DNA of 55,979 nucleotides from a virus (IMGVR_UViG_3300020385_000019:1-55979); one strand, 5' to 3'. Positions 27,582 through 37,970 are shown, counted from the first letter of the stretch. Notes: generated from the letters alone by a model not told the origin. Numbers and translations: made by a program.

Positions 27582-28235
27582 TTACTGCCCCTTCTCTTGC
27601 GCCATCATTGCAACGTCTGCTTGGCTTTTTTCGCCTAGCTGACTTCTAAATGCGTTCATGTGCATTTGGCTCTTATTAGGGTTGGCCGCATATTCAGCAT
27701 CTTTCATGTATGAGCGGTATAAAATCCACTCAATAATCGCGTTCACATATACATCATCAAGCGCAATTACTTCGCCTGATTCATTGGCTGCGGCGTCAAT
27801 CGCCGGCGGCGCTTTAGAGTAAACAAGGGTTAAATTAATACCAGTAACAACACCAGGATAAACGTAGAATGTTTTAGGGTTGCGCTCGTCATAAATGTAA
27901 AGCTCTACTTCTATCGCTGTTTTACCCGCGTACCACGTATCGTAGTTATCATCGAGCACTTGGCGGTTATAAGGACCGCGTATTGCTTTGCCTGATTCAT
28001 TGCGAGTCACATCAATGAGCTTTAAAGCATCTGCGGGCAATGACTGCTTTGTGCCTTCTACGCACACAAAGTTATCAATATCGGCTGTGTATGAGTCAGG
28101 ACGGCGCAATACAATAGCGCGCTGAGCATCGTTTAAGTAATTTAAAAGCTCCTCTTTAGGCCAGCGTGTGTAGCCGGGATCGTTAAGCAGTTTATTTACT
28201 CGCGTTAAAATTTCGTTTGATGTAACAATAGCCAT
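27582..28235 (-). CDS. Head-tail adaptor/tail protein (DUF6682-like)
   Basis: LLNDPGYTRWPKEELLNYLNDAQ...RPD motif; synteny. Confidence 0.65.
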   Translation of the reverse strand: MAIVTSNEILTRVNKLLNDPGYTRWPKEELLNYLNDAQRAIVLRRPDSYTADIDNFVCVEGTKQSLPADALKLIDVTRNESGKAIRGPYNRQVLDDNYDTWYAGKTAIEVELYIYDERNPKTFYVYPGVVTGINLTLVYSKAPPAIDAAANESGEVIALDDVYVNAIIEWILYRSYMKDAEYAANPNKSQMHMNAFRSQLGEKSQADVAMMAQEKGQ

Positions 28236-28795
28236 TAGTAAAACACTCTTGGTTGTGAAGGTCTTTGCTCATCCAGGGCGTTAACCGCCACCTTAAAAGC
28301 ATCGCGGTAGCCATCTGTAAAACGGCGCTTGTAGTAATCAGACTTTGCCAGATCAGTCCATGCGGTATTAGGTATCATTAATAAATTTGCTGCCGCTCCA
28401 TCGGCAATCGCATCAGCCCAGCGGTTAACAATGGTGCTGTCCGCTTCAAAGTCATTAGGTAGTAGGAATTGCGGGGCGATATGGTAAAACACGCGCACCT
28501 TTGGCGTTGTGTTTATAACCGTAACGGTGCCATTAGGTGACACGGTGTAATCATCTGAGCTTTTAAGCTCTCTACCATTGGCATCTAAAACAAAATCAAC
28601 ACTGACAAATACGTGATCATCATCAATGTTAAGCTCCCCGCTTTGGCCTTTCTCAATTTCTTGAGTGCGAGCTAAAAAACGAGACTCATAACAAAACTTT
28701 TGGTAGGCGCGACCTAGCTGGTCTTTCGCCATTTGATCAAGAACGCCCCCGCAGCGCTCACGAACTAACGGGATCAAGCTAGATAATTGCGCCAT
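28235..28795 (-). CDS. Putative adaptor/virion structural protein
   Basis: WADAIADGAAANLLMIPNTAWTD motif; synteny. Confidence 0.55.
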   Translation of the reverse strand: MAQLSSLIPLVRERCGGVLDQMAKDQLGRAYQKFCYESRFLARTQEIEKGQSGELNIDDDHVFVSVDFVLDANGRELKSSDDYTVSPNGTVTVINTTPKVRVFYHIAPQFLLPNDFEADSTIVNRWADAIADGAAANLLMIPNTAWTDLAKSDYYKRRFTDGYRDAFKVAVNALDEQRPSQPRVFY

Positions 28796-28797
28796 GA

Positions 28798-29253
28798 TTA
28801 TTCGCCCTGGTCTGTATTTTCGTCAGCAACAGAAGCGCGGAACGCATCACGTACTTTCTTGCAGTATGCTGGCACTGGCTTTTTAGCACCTTCAATAGTT
28901 AAGTCGTGCGCTTCAACGAATGTACTAAGTTGATTTGAGCTGTACTTGCCTAAGTCAATTTCTTCGCCATCAACGATGATTAACATGCTTGCATCAAGCG
29001 CTTCTTGCTTTTCAGCTTCTTCGCGTGCAATGCGTGCGGCTTCGGCTTCTTCTTCTCGTAGTTTTTGGCGCTCGATATAAGCTTTAGCATCTTTTTCAGC
29101 AACCCAAACTTCGTTAAAGTCTAAAAAACGCTGAACAAGCTCAGACGGTACAGCCGTTGGCTCGCCTTGCTTGAAAATAGTGCGGGTATTACATACGGTG
29201 TCTTTTTTAAAAGGCTTCTTACCGATGTAAACGATATTCGTTGTATTGCTCAT
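28798..29253 (-). CDS. Hypothetical head-module protein
   Basis: IVYIGKKPFKKD start; synteny after the capsid genes. Confidence 0.55.
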   Translation of the reverse strand: MSNTTNIVYIGKKPFKKDTVCNTRTIFKQGEPTAVPSELVQRFLDFNEVWVAEKDAKAYIERQKLREEEAEAARIAREEAEKQEALDASMLIIVDGEEIDLGKYSSNQLSTFVEAHDLTIEGAKKPVPAYCKKVRDAFRASVADENTDQGE

Positions 29254-29267
29254 GGATATTCCCCAAT

Positions 29268-29294
29268 AAAAAAGCCCCGCAATTAGCGAGGCTT
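29268..29294 (-). terminator. Intrinsic terminator after the capsid/decoration genes
   Basis: GCCTCGC-TAATT-GCGGGGC followed by T6 on the minus strand. Confidence 0.75.
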
Positions 29295-29318
29295 GATTTA
29301 AACGTGTATCGAAAAGGC

Positions 29319-29711
29319 TTAGTAACCTTTGTAGCGGTACTCTAGTTGAAGTACAACTTTGCCGGTTGCCGCAGCCGATCCCGTATTTTTAACAACTAAA
29401 TCACTTGGACCTTCATCGCCAATATATACAGGCTTAACAAATGCGCCTGCATTGCCAGCACTTGCAGTATCAAAAGCGGTTAAGTCCTTTTTACCACCTG
29501 AATGATCAACAACCTGAACTGTTAGCTCAGTGTCAGCGCCTAGCGCATCGTTAATAATACGAACGCCAGTGATTTGCGTGCCGATTGGCAAGCTCTCAGA
29601 CGCAATAGTTGTAGCATTAGCCGCTAAAGCAGCAATCGAAAGTGTTGCCAGGTGTAGCGATAGATTACCGGCGGCACCTTTATAAAATGTTTCTTTCATA
29701 ATTTTATCCAA
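29319..29711 (-). CDS. Putative capsid decoration/cement protein
   Basis: 130 aa, beta-rich, directly after MCP. Confidence 0.55.
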   Translation of the reverse strand: MDKIMKETFYKGAAGNLSLHLATLSIAALAANATTIASESLPIGTQITGVRIINDALGADTELTVQVVDHSGGKKDLTAFDTASAGNAGAFVKPVYIGDEGPSDLVVKNTGSAAATGKVVLQLEYRYKGY

Positions 29712-29758
29712 TTATTAAAAGTTAAAATGAAAAGCCGGATAGCTCCGGCATAAAGGGC

Positions 29759-30973
29759 TTACTGTAGAGATACAGCCGTATCAATTACCATCGTGCCGTA
29801 ATCGTTTACGCGACCTGTTTTGTCAGAGAAACGTACTTTCTTACAACCATTCATCCATACGATAGCTGTTTCGTTTGCGTTATCGTGGTCGGTTTTCTTC
29901 GTTGACATAGAGAAGTGCGAGCCTGAATCAGACTTACCGTAAGCATTCGCAAGCGCTTGACCACCAAGTAAGATAGCGCGGTCAATGGTAGTGCCGGCTG
30001 TTACTTGTTTTGTTGTTGCTAACTTGTCGTTGTTAGATACCGTTACAGTATCGCCAGCATAGAAACGTACAGGCTTGCGGTATTGACGAACAAGAATGTT
30101 GCGCCACATGATAATGTCACCTTTGAATACAGGGTGATTGAAGCCTTGGCCGCGTTTCATAGCGCGTGATTGAAGCTCTTGTAACTTTTTATCAGTCGCA
30201 GAAGCATAAAGGTCACGCCATTGGCGCGGACTAACGAACAACAAGAAGAATGGCGACTCGTTAGCCATTTGGTCAGCTTCAAAGCTAATGTGCTTCATTG
30301 GATTAGCTTGCTCTTCCAAAATAAGCGCTAAGTCGTCCAGCTTTTCAAGCGTCATAATATCCGCAGCATCAATTGCTTCAAAGCTTGTCGCATCACCGCC
30401 AAACTGGTGACGGTCATACGTTGGTGCCATCACATCGTTAACCATGATTTCTTTAAATTCTTCATGGTTTTCAAGTGGAATGATGATGTCATCAGGAGCA
30501 AATGAGCCGCGCGCACCGGCCAGGTGATACATAGCAACTTCATCTTTAAGGTCGTTGTAGTAGTTACCAAGCAACGTTTTAGCTGTGCTAAGCAAGTTGT
30601 GCTTAGTACGCTTTTGCGACATTTTACCGCCGCTATCAACCATCTTACGGCCTTGGTCAATACGCAATTCAAATACTGTTTTGCTCAAGCTTTCGCCACG
30701 GCCTTCCAGTTTTTTATCGCCCATTGTTGGTAAACCGCTTAGGTTGTGGAATAAATCCATTTCAACCGAATCACCGGCTTGGCTTTGCAAGTCGTTGATC
30801 ATAACCACTGGCGCGCCCTTTTCAGTTTGCTTTTTTCCGTGGGCCATATCAGCTTTAGCCGCTTTTGGTGCAGAGCCGGTTAACATGTTCACGAACGTAT
30901 TTTGACGGCGTGTATGTGTAAACAGGGCAGCGCCAAACGCTTTAGCCGCTTGTGCTTTTGTAATTGTGCTCAT
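29759..30973 (-). CDS. Major capsid protein (N4-gp56/DUF4043 type)
   Basis: 404 aa; DLQSQAGDSV, PTMGDKKLEGRGE, IDRAILLGGQALA, DYG motifs; follows the scaffold. Confidence 0.85.
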   Translation of the reverse strand: MSTITKAQAAKAFGAALFTHTRRQNTFVNMLTGSAPKAAKADMAHGKKQTEKGAPVVMINDLQSQAGDSVEMDLFHNLSGLPTMGDKKLEGRGESLSKTVFELRIDQGRKMVDSGGKMSQKRTKHNLLSTAKTLLGNYYNDLKDEVAMYHLAGARGSFAPDDIIIPLENHEEFKEIMVNDVMAPTYDRHQFGGDATSFEAIDAADIMTLEKLDDLALILEEQANPMKHISFEADQMANESPFFLLFVSPRQWRDLYASATDKKLQELQSRAMKRGQGFNHPVFKGDIIMWRNILVRQYRKPVRFYAGDTVTVSNNDKLATTKQVTAGTTIDRAILLGGQALANAYGKSDSGSHFSMSTKKTDHDNANETAIVWMNGCKKVRFSDKTGRVNDYGTMVIDTAVSLQ

Positions 30974-30982
30974 TTTAATTTC

Positions 30983-31990
30983 CTAGAGAAAATCTGACGC
31001 GCTTTCAAGCATCGCTTCAATTTGCGCTTCGGTCATACCTTCCATTTCTGCTGTGATAGTCGCAGCATCTTTGTCCAGTAAGTTTGCGTTAGCGCTCATA
31101 TCGCTGGCTTGTGTGCCTACGTCAGTGGGGGTATTTGGGATTGGTGCAGAGTTTGCGTTGCTTGGCTTAGGCTTGTGCTGTTCACCAAAGGCGCTTTGTA
31201 CGCGCTTTTCAACTTCTTTAAATCGCTCTGCTACAGATTTGTTTGCAAACGATGGGTCTTTTGCGAGCTTGTCATCAATAACCTTTGCCATATCCCACTT
31301 ATCAACATCGTTTTGCTGCCACTGCTTTAAATGCTGTGAGTTAGCAAACGCGTCTTGCACCTCGTTTTGAGTCGGTGCCGATTGCGGTTGGCTCTGGTTG
31401 TTGCTGCCATATTGTTGAATTTGATTAGCTAATTCGCTAACTAACTCACCTAGCTCTGGATATTCGTCTTTAATACGCTCCATTAGCTCAGGATCTTTTA
31501 GCATTTCGCCTGGCAGTTTGCGCGGGTCCATTCCAGCCTCTTTTAACTGGCTGCTGTGTAACTCTGCTACACGTTTGGTTTCCTCAAACTGACTTTCAAG
31601 TTCTGCTTTTTCTCTGGCTAGTGCTTCACGTTCAGCTTCGGCTGCTGCGGCACGCTCACGCGCTTGTGCAAGTACATCATAAGGCAAGCTGTGTTGCCCG
31701 TTCTTGCTGCTTACGTCCGTTGCTTCTACGTAATACTTACCATCAATTTCAACATAACCTTCTGGCGCTTCACCCTCTTTGGTTGACGACTCCGCTTCTA
31801 CGTCTGTTTTAGTTGGTGTTTCGCTATCGTCCTGCGCTGGTTGTTCTGGTGCTTTTTCTTTAGCGTCTACTGCAGGCTTTTCGCCATCTTCATCGCCAAA
31901 TAATGTATCACCATCAATGTCGAGCTCAGCAAGTGCTGCCTCAATCTCTTCATCAGTACCAGTTGCTAATATTTCGTCTAAATCATCCAC
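30983..31990 (-). CDS. Capsid scaffolding protein (GTG start VDDLDE, 335 aa)
   Basis: Acidic, coiled-coil, SKNGQHSLPYDVL; located between portal and MCP. Confidence 0.7.
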   Translation of the reverse strand: MDDLDEILATGTDEEIEAALAELDIDGDTLFGDEDGEKPAVDAKEKAPEQPAQDDSETPTKTDVEAESSTKEGEAPEGYVEIDGKYYVEATDVSSKNGQHSLPYDVLAQARERAAAAEAEREALAREKAELESQFEETKRVAELHSSQLKEAGMDPRKLPGEMLKDPELMERIKDEYPELGELVSELANQIQQYGSNNQSQPQSAPTQNEVQDAFANSQHLKQWQQNDVDKWDMAKVIDDKLAKDPSFANKSVAERFKEVEKRVQSAFGEQHKPKPSNANSAPIPNTPTDVGTQASDMSANANLLDKDAATITAEMEGMTEAQIEAMLESASDFL

Positions 31991-32076
31991 TTTATTACCC
32001 CATCGACCATTTAACGTATGGTTACGAAAATTAAAATTTAGGCGTATCGCTGCCCTTGCGAATTTGTGCATCGCAC

Positions 32077-32108
32077 AAAAAAGCCGCCTTGATTTCTCAA
32101 AGCGGCTT
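32077..32108 (-). terminator. Intrinsic terminator
   Basis: AAGCCGC...GCGGCTT with T6 on the minus strand. Confidence 0.65.
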
Positions 32109-32133
32109 CATTTCTGCGTAGTACCTTTGTGTC

Positions 32134-32334
32134 CTATTGATTCGCCCATATTCTGCTTGACAGTGTTTCGGCGTAGGCTTCCATAAATCCAGCCTGCTTA
32201 ATCATTCTTGCCTGCTCTATATCACCGAGCGTTTTAAACTTTTCATTTCCATGAATGAAGGAGTTAAGCGCCTTAATTTTCACTGCAAGCTGCTTGTGTT
32301 CATCTTTCATTCTTTCTACATAGTTATTGCTCAT
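32134..32334 (-). CDS. Small conserved phage protein (crAss001_48-like)
   Basis: YVERMKDEHKQL..KIKAL..FI...Q...M.AY...L..RI pattern. Confidence 0.6.
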   Translation of the reverse strand: MSNNYVERMKDEHKQLAVKIKALNSFIHGNEKFKTLGDIEQARMIKQAGFMEAYAETLSSRIWANQ

Positions 32335-32348
32335 TTTAATTCGCCTTA

Positions 32349-32522
32349 TTATCTGTATGGTTTGCGGAGCTTTACATTGAAACCTCCCCAGCTTATTGCC
32401 GTTACTCGCCGACCATTTTTTAAATGAGACGCAGGCCGTACCGCGCCATTTGATTTTTCTACGTTAGCCGGCTCAAACGCTGGCATTATGTATTTTAAAA
32501 ACCAGTGCTTGAGTACGTTCAT
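32349..32522 (-). CDS. Possible 57-aa hypothetical protein, absent from the ORF track
   Basis: Manual translation MNVLKHWFLKYIMPAFEP...; fills the gap between two genes. Confidence 0.35.
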   Translation of the reverse strand: MNVLKHWFLKYIMPAFEPANVEKSNGAVRPASHLKNGRRVTAISWGGFNVKLRKPYR

Positions 32523-32524
32523 GT

Positions 32525-32914
32525 TTACCCCGCGTGAATGGCTTGTTTAACTACGCTATGGAATAGCGCATCTTTGACTTGCTGTTTTTCAGGCAAGTGA
32601 TGAAATGGCTTCAGATGCTCATGCGTTTTGTTTTTTATTGAGCGCTTAGGGCCATACTTCCAGCCGGCAACAATCATTTTTGCAACCCAAGCGTCATGCC
32701 ATGCTTTAGCGTCAGCATCAATGTTGATAATTAAAAACGCCACATGCTCAATAACACCGTCTTTTTCTGGCTGCTCTAGCTCATGCCAATGCTTTAATGG
32801 CTCACGAATTACCGCTGTGTAAGCTTGATTAACTTCGTGACACATTTTTGCAATGGCTTGTATTTGTTCAATGTGATCTTCTGGTATGTGGTCTATGCTC
32901 TCTAGCTGCTTCAT
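32525..32914 (-). CDS. RyR-domain protein
   Basis: HDAWVAKMIVAGWKYGPKRS..NKTHEHLKPFHHLPEKQQVKD matches the RyR repeat signature. Confidence 0.75.
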   Translation of the reverse strand: MKQLESIDHIPEDHIEQIQAIAKMCHEVNQAYTAVIREPLKHWHELEQPEKDGVIEHVAFLIINIDADAKAWHDAWVAKMIVAGWKYGPKRSIKNKTHEHLKPFHHLPEKQQVKDALFHSVVKQAIHAG

Positions 32915-32916
32915 TG

Positions 32917-35013
32917 CTACACCTGTATTGCGTCTAGTTGCTGTTGAATGTTTGCTTGTACGTTTGATTTCATTGCCGCTATTTCAGCATTGCTTCTGCG
33001 TACTTCACTTAAAATCTTTTCAGTTTCAGCTATCAACTTGTCGTCTTTAACTTCTTCTGTTTCAGTTTTCTTCTGTAATTCAAGTATTTTGACTTTTAGC
33101 TGTTCGCGCTCAAGTGCAAGCTTTTCCATATTGCCTTGGATTTCTTGCATTTGTAGTTGCTCCATAGCCTGCGCTTTTTCAGCTTGTGCTTGTGCTTGTG
33201 CAAGCTCTTCTTCGCTCATATCTTCTTGAGACTTAGGAATGTTTAACGCCTGGCGTAACGTTGCCAAAAACTCCTCTTTATTCGGCAGGTCCATTAGTTC
33301 AACGAACATAGGCATAGTTGCTGCTTGTGCTTCTGGCGGTATCTGTGCCATTACATTACTTAGGAGTGTTGCTTGCTGCTGTCGATACGTTGGCGTTGCT
33401 TTAACTGGCGCTAATGCTAAGTGACCCTTCCAGCGCGCTACATCGTTATCACGCTTGCCGCTTTCATTCGGTTGGTTAAGTACAATCTGCTTGCGCTTAG
33501 CTTTGTCATTGCGATTAGCGGTTACCTGTATATTGTTTTGCGGCTTCAACTCTTCAATAATGTACGCAAGTAGTAGGTCGCCTACGCGGTTACGTGAAAA
33601 GTGAAAGTTATCGTTTAACTCAGCAAGTGTTGTTGTACCTTGCTCAACCAAGTTAGATATAGCTACACCACTTGTTGCGTTGCTGTCCTGGCCTAGCATC
33701 GAGTTATAAACGCCGGCAGTGTCCTGGATAAGCTTCATATCATTTTGCATTAAGTTAAACTGCTGCGCCGCAATGCCTACATCGTTTTGAATGCTTAACG
33801 CATCTGACGCCTTTAACTTGCTTTTACGGTCCGGGTTGAGTGGTATGTAACCGTCCGGCTTTTCGATTTCTTCTTTTAATCTGTCATTACTTAACTGCGT
33901 CGCATCTTCATCGGCTATTACTCTTCGCGCTTGCAGCAAATAGTTAAGACGTATAACGCGCGCATTAATACCGTCTTGCGCTGGCACCATTCGACTAATA
34001 AGGCCGTAAGGTTCACCGCTTGCGTCTTTTTGGTAACCAATAAACGGCACTAGGTTATACATGCCATTAGGCGCTTCACTGGCTCTGTCAATAATACGGT
34101 GAGGACCAATAAACCACGCTTCACGAACATTAGGAAACGCAGCGTATTCAAGAGTAACCTTTCCGCTCTGTACTGCCGCTTGATGAATTTGATTGTTTTT
34201 ATCGTATTCAATTACGCGGCCATCGCTCATTTTAATAACATGCGCGCGTTTCCATACTTTGTAGTAAATAACTTGCAGTAATACGCGGTTGCGAGTTTGG
34301 TCTAGCCATTCGCTTTGCCCCCGGTTCCAGCTTTGGCTATCGTGCCATGCAGAGTGAAGAGCATGATCATCTACATGTTCTTTATCAATCGTATTGTAAA
34401 AATCTTCCCACAAGTTGACTGAGTTTTTTAAAATCTCTTTATGATCTGGAAAGGTTGCAAGCGCTTCATCTAAGTCCATCCATTTTTTACGTAGCATCCA
34501 GCGTGCATCGCTGCGATCTGCTTCTTGTGCGTTCCAATCCCACCACACCTCGCGGCGGTGAATAAACTTAACACGGTAAGGCGCAGCAAAAGGAATAGGG
34601 TTTTTAGTCACTTCAACCCAGCCAATGCCCGCTTTCAATTGACTAGCATACGCATCTGAACAAGCACGATCAGCATGTGATAAGCGCCACGCATCCTTAA
34701 ACTTTTCATTTAGCCCGCTTGCTAGTTCATCGCCGTTTTCATCATCGGCAACAATCATTAAATCAGACCGTGAACGCGCTTCTAAGCCAAGTACGCCGTC
34801 AATAGTAGGACCAATCATATTGTGTACTATTTCTGGCTGGCCGCGATCACGCAAAACCTTTCTGATTTCTTCACTTAATTGGTCGCCATCATAATAAGCG
34901 CACGCTTTGGTTGCAGGTGTGCGCCAGTCCGGCTGACTATCTATGTCGCCTAGTAGCGTTAACAGCTTATCTAGCGTAAAGCCGTCTTTATTTGATTTTA
35001 CGTGATCAGCCAT
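32917..35013 (-). CDS. Portal protein
   Basis: 698 aa after TerL; YYDGDQL, RGQP..HNMIGPTIDGVLGLE, ATSGVAI; C-terminal coiled-coil barrel. Confidence 0.88.
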   Translation of the reverse strand: MADHVKSNKDGFTLDKLLTLLGDIDSQPDWRTPATKACAYYDGDQLSEEIRKVLRDRGQPEIVHNMIGPTIDGVLGLEARSRSDLMIVADDENGDELASGLNEKFKDAWRLSHADRACSDAYASQLKAGIGWVEVTKNPIPFAAPYRVKFIHRREVWWDWNAQEADRSDARWMLRKKWMDLDEALATFPDHKEILKNSVNLWEDFYNTIDKEHVDDHALHSAWHDSQSWNRGQSEWLDQTRNRVLLQVIYYKVWKRAHVIKMSDGRVIEYDKNNQIHQAAVQSGKVTLEYAAFPNVREAWFIGPHRIIDRASEAPNGMYNLVPFIGYQKDASGEPYGLISRMVPAQDGINARVIRLNYLLQARRVIADEDATQLSNDRLKEEIEKPDGYIPLNPDRKSKLKASDALSIQNDVGIAAQQFNLMQNDMKLIQDTAGVYNSMLGQDSNATSGVAISNLVEQGTTTLAELNDNFHFSRNRVGDLLLAYIIEELKPQNNIQVTANRNDKAKRKQIVLNQPNESGKRDNDVARWKGHLALAPVKATPTYRQQQATLLSNVMAQIPPEAQAATMPMFVELMDLPNKEEFLATLRQALNIPKSQEDMSEEELAQAQAQAEKAQAMEQLQMQEIQGNMEKLALEREQLKVKILELQKKTETEEVKDDKLIAETEKILSEVRRSNAEIAAMKSNVQANIQQQLDAIQV

Positions 35014-35016
35014 CTG

Positions 35017-36750
35017 TTATCTTGCCATCCAATGATTAGTGTTGTGTGGGGCGGGTGTATTATCTTTAATTAGTCGCTTAGGCATTCTTACTCGCATCTC
35101 TTGTGCAATTGCATAGCTCATTACTTGATCATCAAAGCCGCCTGGTTGTGCGCCCATGCGGCCTTTTTTGTCGTAAACAAACGTATTGAGCTCGCTAACT
35201 GTACCGCGCCAAACAATGCCGTCTTTGTCGTGAGTAAGCAGTTCATCAAGGCCACTCGTTAAAATTGGCTTTGATTGTGCGCTTGTGTGCCAGCCTACCT
35301 TGCGCGTTTCTTCGTCCGTATCTTCACGATCAATGTGTTCTTCCGTGTAAATCCGGCTCGTTGGGTAAATCTCAACAAGCTCTTGAAGTGTTGCGTGACC
35401 GTGATTGTTTCGCTCAACGCCGATATAAGCCTTGTTATACATAAGTCCGATATGCTTATTTATGTGTGCAAAGCGCTTGGGGTCTATATGACCAAACCAA
35501 TGCGCCACTTGTCGCCCGTCCGACTTGGCAACAACGTCTAATGAGCTGCGATCGCCATGTTCAAGTCCTTCTGCAACATCGCTACCGATCGCATAATCTT
35601 CGTTTTCGTCGGGTAATTCCCAAATAAGTAGATAGCCTAACGTTGATTGGGCCAGTTTATCGCCACCTTTAGCGCTTAAATCAACTTTACCGTTCATTTT
35701 TTTACGCTTGCCGGTGTAAGGCTCAAGATCATAAACAATCAACGGCTTAACGCATCGCCCTTCAACGCGCATTAAATCATCACTATCAAACACTTTACGG
35801 CCTGACGTTAAAAAAGCCTCCATCGGTGTAGATGGGTATTCCTGCTTCATCTTGCCTTTTTGGTTGCGCTCTTTGCCTATGTACCAGCTAATTTGCTCGT
35901 CTGTGAGCTCAACACCGTTTGCTTCTTCAACGGCCTTGAAGTATTTGGCCTTTTCCTTTGATAGTTTTAAACCCCCTGGCGGTACTGCGGCTACGTACTT
36001 GGGATCTTCAAACCAAGGATAAAAATGAAATTTGAAGTCTTGAAAGCCTAGCTCAATGCCGGATGCTAATAGCTCCATTGCATCGACTGACATATCAAAG
36101 AAATTGCCGCTTGCGCCTTCCGCTGTTGACTCGATAAAAATATAAGAGCCTTCATGGACCGCATTTAACGAGCCCGATTGAACCTCGTCTGCTCGTAATG
36201 GGTAGTTAGCGCATATTTTGCCGTATTCAGATACATGCAAAACCTGCAGTGTTCCCGAGCGAAAAGAAACGGCAACGCGTACCCATGAGTCATTATTAAA
36301 CTTAATGCCAGTGCCGGTTTTACTTTTAACTGAGCGCTTGCCCGTTTTAAGCCAACTTGGTAGCCGCTCGTAGGGATAAAGTATCTTAGATGAAAATATG
36401 GCACTGGCTTCTTCTTTACCCTGAGCGATTACTCCACACTGCCTGTTATCGTTAAACATGGCATGGTCTAGGATAAAAACTTGTATTGCTGTGCTAAAGC
36501 CAAGCTGGCGCGCTTTTAAGATGATGTTTAAAAACCACATCGTTACAAAAAGTACGGTTTGCGCTATACGACAACGAAACAACACTTCGCGACCTTTCTC
36601 GTCCGCTATGATGTATAAGTTGTTTAAACGCCACCACCAACAATCAATGTAAGGCTCGCAGCGCTCTAATAGCTCAACTTCGTCTAGTTCAAAGCGTTCT
36701 TCTGGCGTTAACCACGTGCTTTTTGGGTATTTAGCGAGTTTAGGTTGCAT
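35017..36750 (-). CDS. terL: Terminase large subunit
   Basis: ILKARQLGFST Walker A, LHVSE Walker B, ESTAEG, nuclease IGSDVAEG and DDQVMS. Confidence 0.93.
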   Translation of the reverse strand: MQPKLAKYPKSTWLTPEERFELDEVELLERCEPYIDCWWWRLNNLYIIADEKGREVLFRCRIAQTVLFVTMWFLNIILKARQLGFSTAIQVFILDHAMFNDNRQCGVIAQGKEEASAIFSSKILYPYERLPSWLKTGKRSVKSKTGTGIKFNNDSWVRVAVSFRSGTLQVLHVSEYGKICANYPLRADEVQSGSLNAVHEGSYIFIESTAEGASGNFFDMSVDAMELLASGIELGFQDFKFHFYPWFEDPKYVAAVPPGGLKLSKEKAKYFKAVEEANGVELTDEQISWYIGKERNQKGKMKQEYPSTPMEAFLTSGRKVFDSDDLMRVEGRCVKPLIVYDLEPYTGKRKKMNGKVDLSAKGGDKLAQSTLGYLLIWELPDENEDYAIGSDVAEGLEHGDRSSLDVVAKSDGRQVAHWFGHIDPKRFAHINKHIGLMYNKAYIGVERNNHGHATLQELVEIYPTSRIYTEEHIDREDTDEETRKVGWHTSAQSKPILTSGLDELLTHDKDGIVWRGTVSELNTFVYDKKGRMGAQPGGFDDQVMSYAIAQEMRVRMPKRLIKDNTPAPHNTNHWMAR

Positions 36751-37424
36751 TATTGACTGACCACCGTATCTAAACCGCCTGTGCGCTTATCAATGAAATC
36801 ATCAAGCTTACTAGTGCCGCCGGCCTCTTTACGCGCTTTGGCTGCTTCATGCTCTGCTATTTCTGCCTGATGCTTACCGCGCTTAGTCGCGCTAACCAGT
36901 GCTTTGGTCTGCTGCGTAATACGTGCGGTTTCAGCAACTAACTTGCCGCGTGTTAATGAGTCGGTCTTAATGTTTGATAGCGTTTTAGTTATCGACTCAG
37001 CACGTATGACATTTCTATCAAGTGACATTTCAGCTTTAAATAACGACTCATAAAGCATCACTTTCGATTCGTTTGTAGTATCCGCATCATCTAATAGCTT
37101 TTGGATGCCCTCAATCGAGTCCATAACCATGTGAATGCGAGCGCGACATAAATCAAGCTCATCTTCTAGCGTTGTTGCTTCAACTAACTGATTAACGCCT
37201 TGCTTAAAATACTTTGTATAACCACCGTGTTTAAAGTTCGGCGCTCTTTTTAGCTTTTGCCCTTCGTCTTTAGCTACTTTGCGCGGCGCTTTTCTTGATG
37301 TTTTTATGTGTTTTCGCGCAGTGCTGTAGCTTAAACCGTGGCTGTCGCAAAATTCCCGCAGCGAAATCTTAGTTTCAGCGTGCTGCTTTTGGAAAAGCTC
37401 GTTTAAGTCTTTCCATTTTGACAC
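36750..37424 (-). CDS. terS: Terminase small subunit
   Basis: N-terminal HTH (ISLREFCDSHGLSYSTAR), NFKHGGY motif, directly before terL. Confidence 0.8.
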   Translation of the reverse strand: MSKWKDLNELFQKQHAETKISLREFCDSHGLSYSTARKHIKTSRKAPRKVAKDEGQKLKRAPNFKHGGYTKYFKQGVNQLVEATTLEDELDLCRARIHMVMDSIEGIQKLLDDADTTNESKVMLYESLFKAEMSLDRNVIRAESITKTLSNIKTDSLTRGKLVAETARITQQTKALVSATKRGKHQAEIAEHEAAKARKEAGGTSKLDDFIDKRTGGLDTVVSQ

Positions 37425-37696
37425 CTGCGGCCATCCTCACCAACCCGCTTATCGAATGGGCTGCTCTCTTTGTCGCTCAATAACTCTGCCATTCGTGCAC
37501 GATGAAATTCAGCATCTTCGGCGCGCTTTTGTAGCTCTAGCTCATGCCGCTTGTGTTGACTGCGCCAATTAATGAAAAACGTAGCCGCAGTAAATGCGAT
37601 GCCAAGAATAAGAGCGATCGAGTTTAACGATAATAAACCAGCCCCAGCGGTGCCAATGCTTGCTGTATAACTAGCAACTGTTGTTGATTTATCCAT
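37403..37696 (-). CDS. Holin (HP1-like; start MDKSTT)
   Basis: ASYTAS...LSLNSIALILGIAFTAATFFINW transmembrane segment, charged C-tail. Confidence 0.75.
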   Translation of the reverse strand: MDKSTTVASYTASIGTAGAGLLSLNSIALILGIAFTAATFFINWRSQHKRHELELQKRAEDAEFHRARMAELLSDKESSPFDKRVGEDGRRCQNGKT

Positions 37697-37970
37697 TGTT
37701 CTCACTGGCCCACTGTTTGATTCGGTTAATGTTTTCATTGCATTGGTCTACTAATGCCTCTAAAAGTTGTGCATAGCTAAGCAAGTCCGCATTGTCTGCT
37801 ATGACTGTTTGATTGACTTCGCAAGGGGATAAATATTCGCTTGGTGGCGTAACATACTTGTACTGAGTTTGAACAATAATCTCAGTTACAGTTTGCGGTT
37901 CTTGTGTACTTGAGCAAGCTGATAGCATCACAAGGAATACTGTTATTAGCCCATTTTTTAACAGTTTCAT
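37689..37970 (-). CDS. Outer-membrane spanin lipoprotein (Rz1-like)
   Basis: Lipobox LSAC; PPSEYLSPC...CN; overlaps the Rz 3' end. Confidence 0.8.
   Translation of the reverse strand: MKLLKNGLITVFLVMLSACSSTQEPQTVTEIIVQTQYKYVTPPSEYLSPCEVNQTVIADNADLLSYAQLLEALVDQCNENINRIKQWASENNG

Noticed and set aside
3990-37000. Numerous plus-strand ORFs of 60-210 aa within the late operon
   Set aside because: Antisense shadows of long, motif-bearing minus-strand genes; no recognisable motifs
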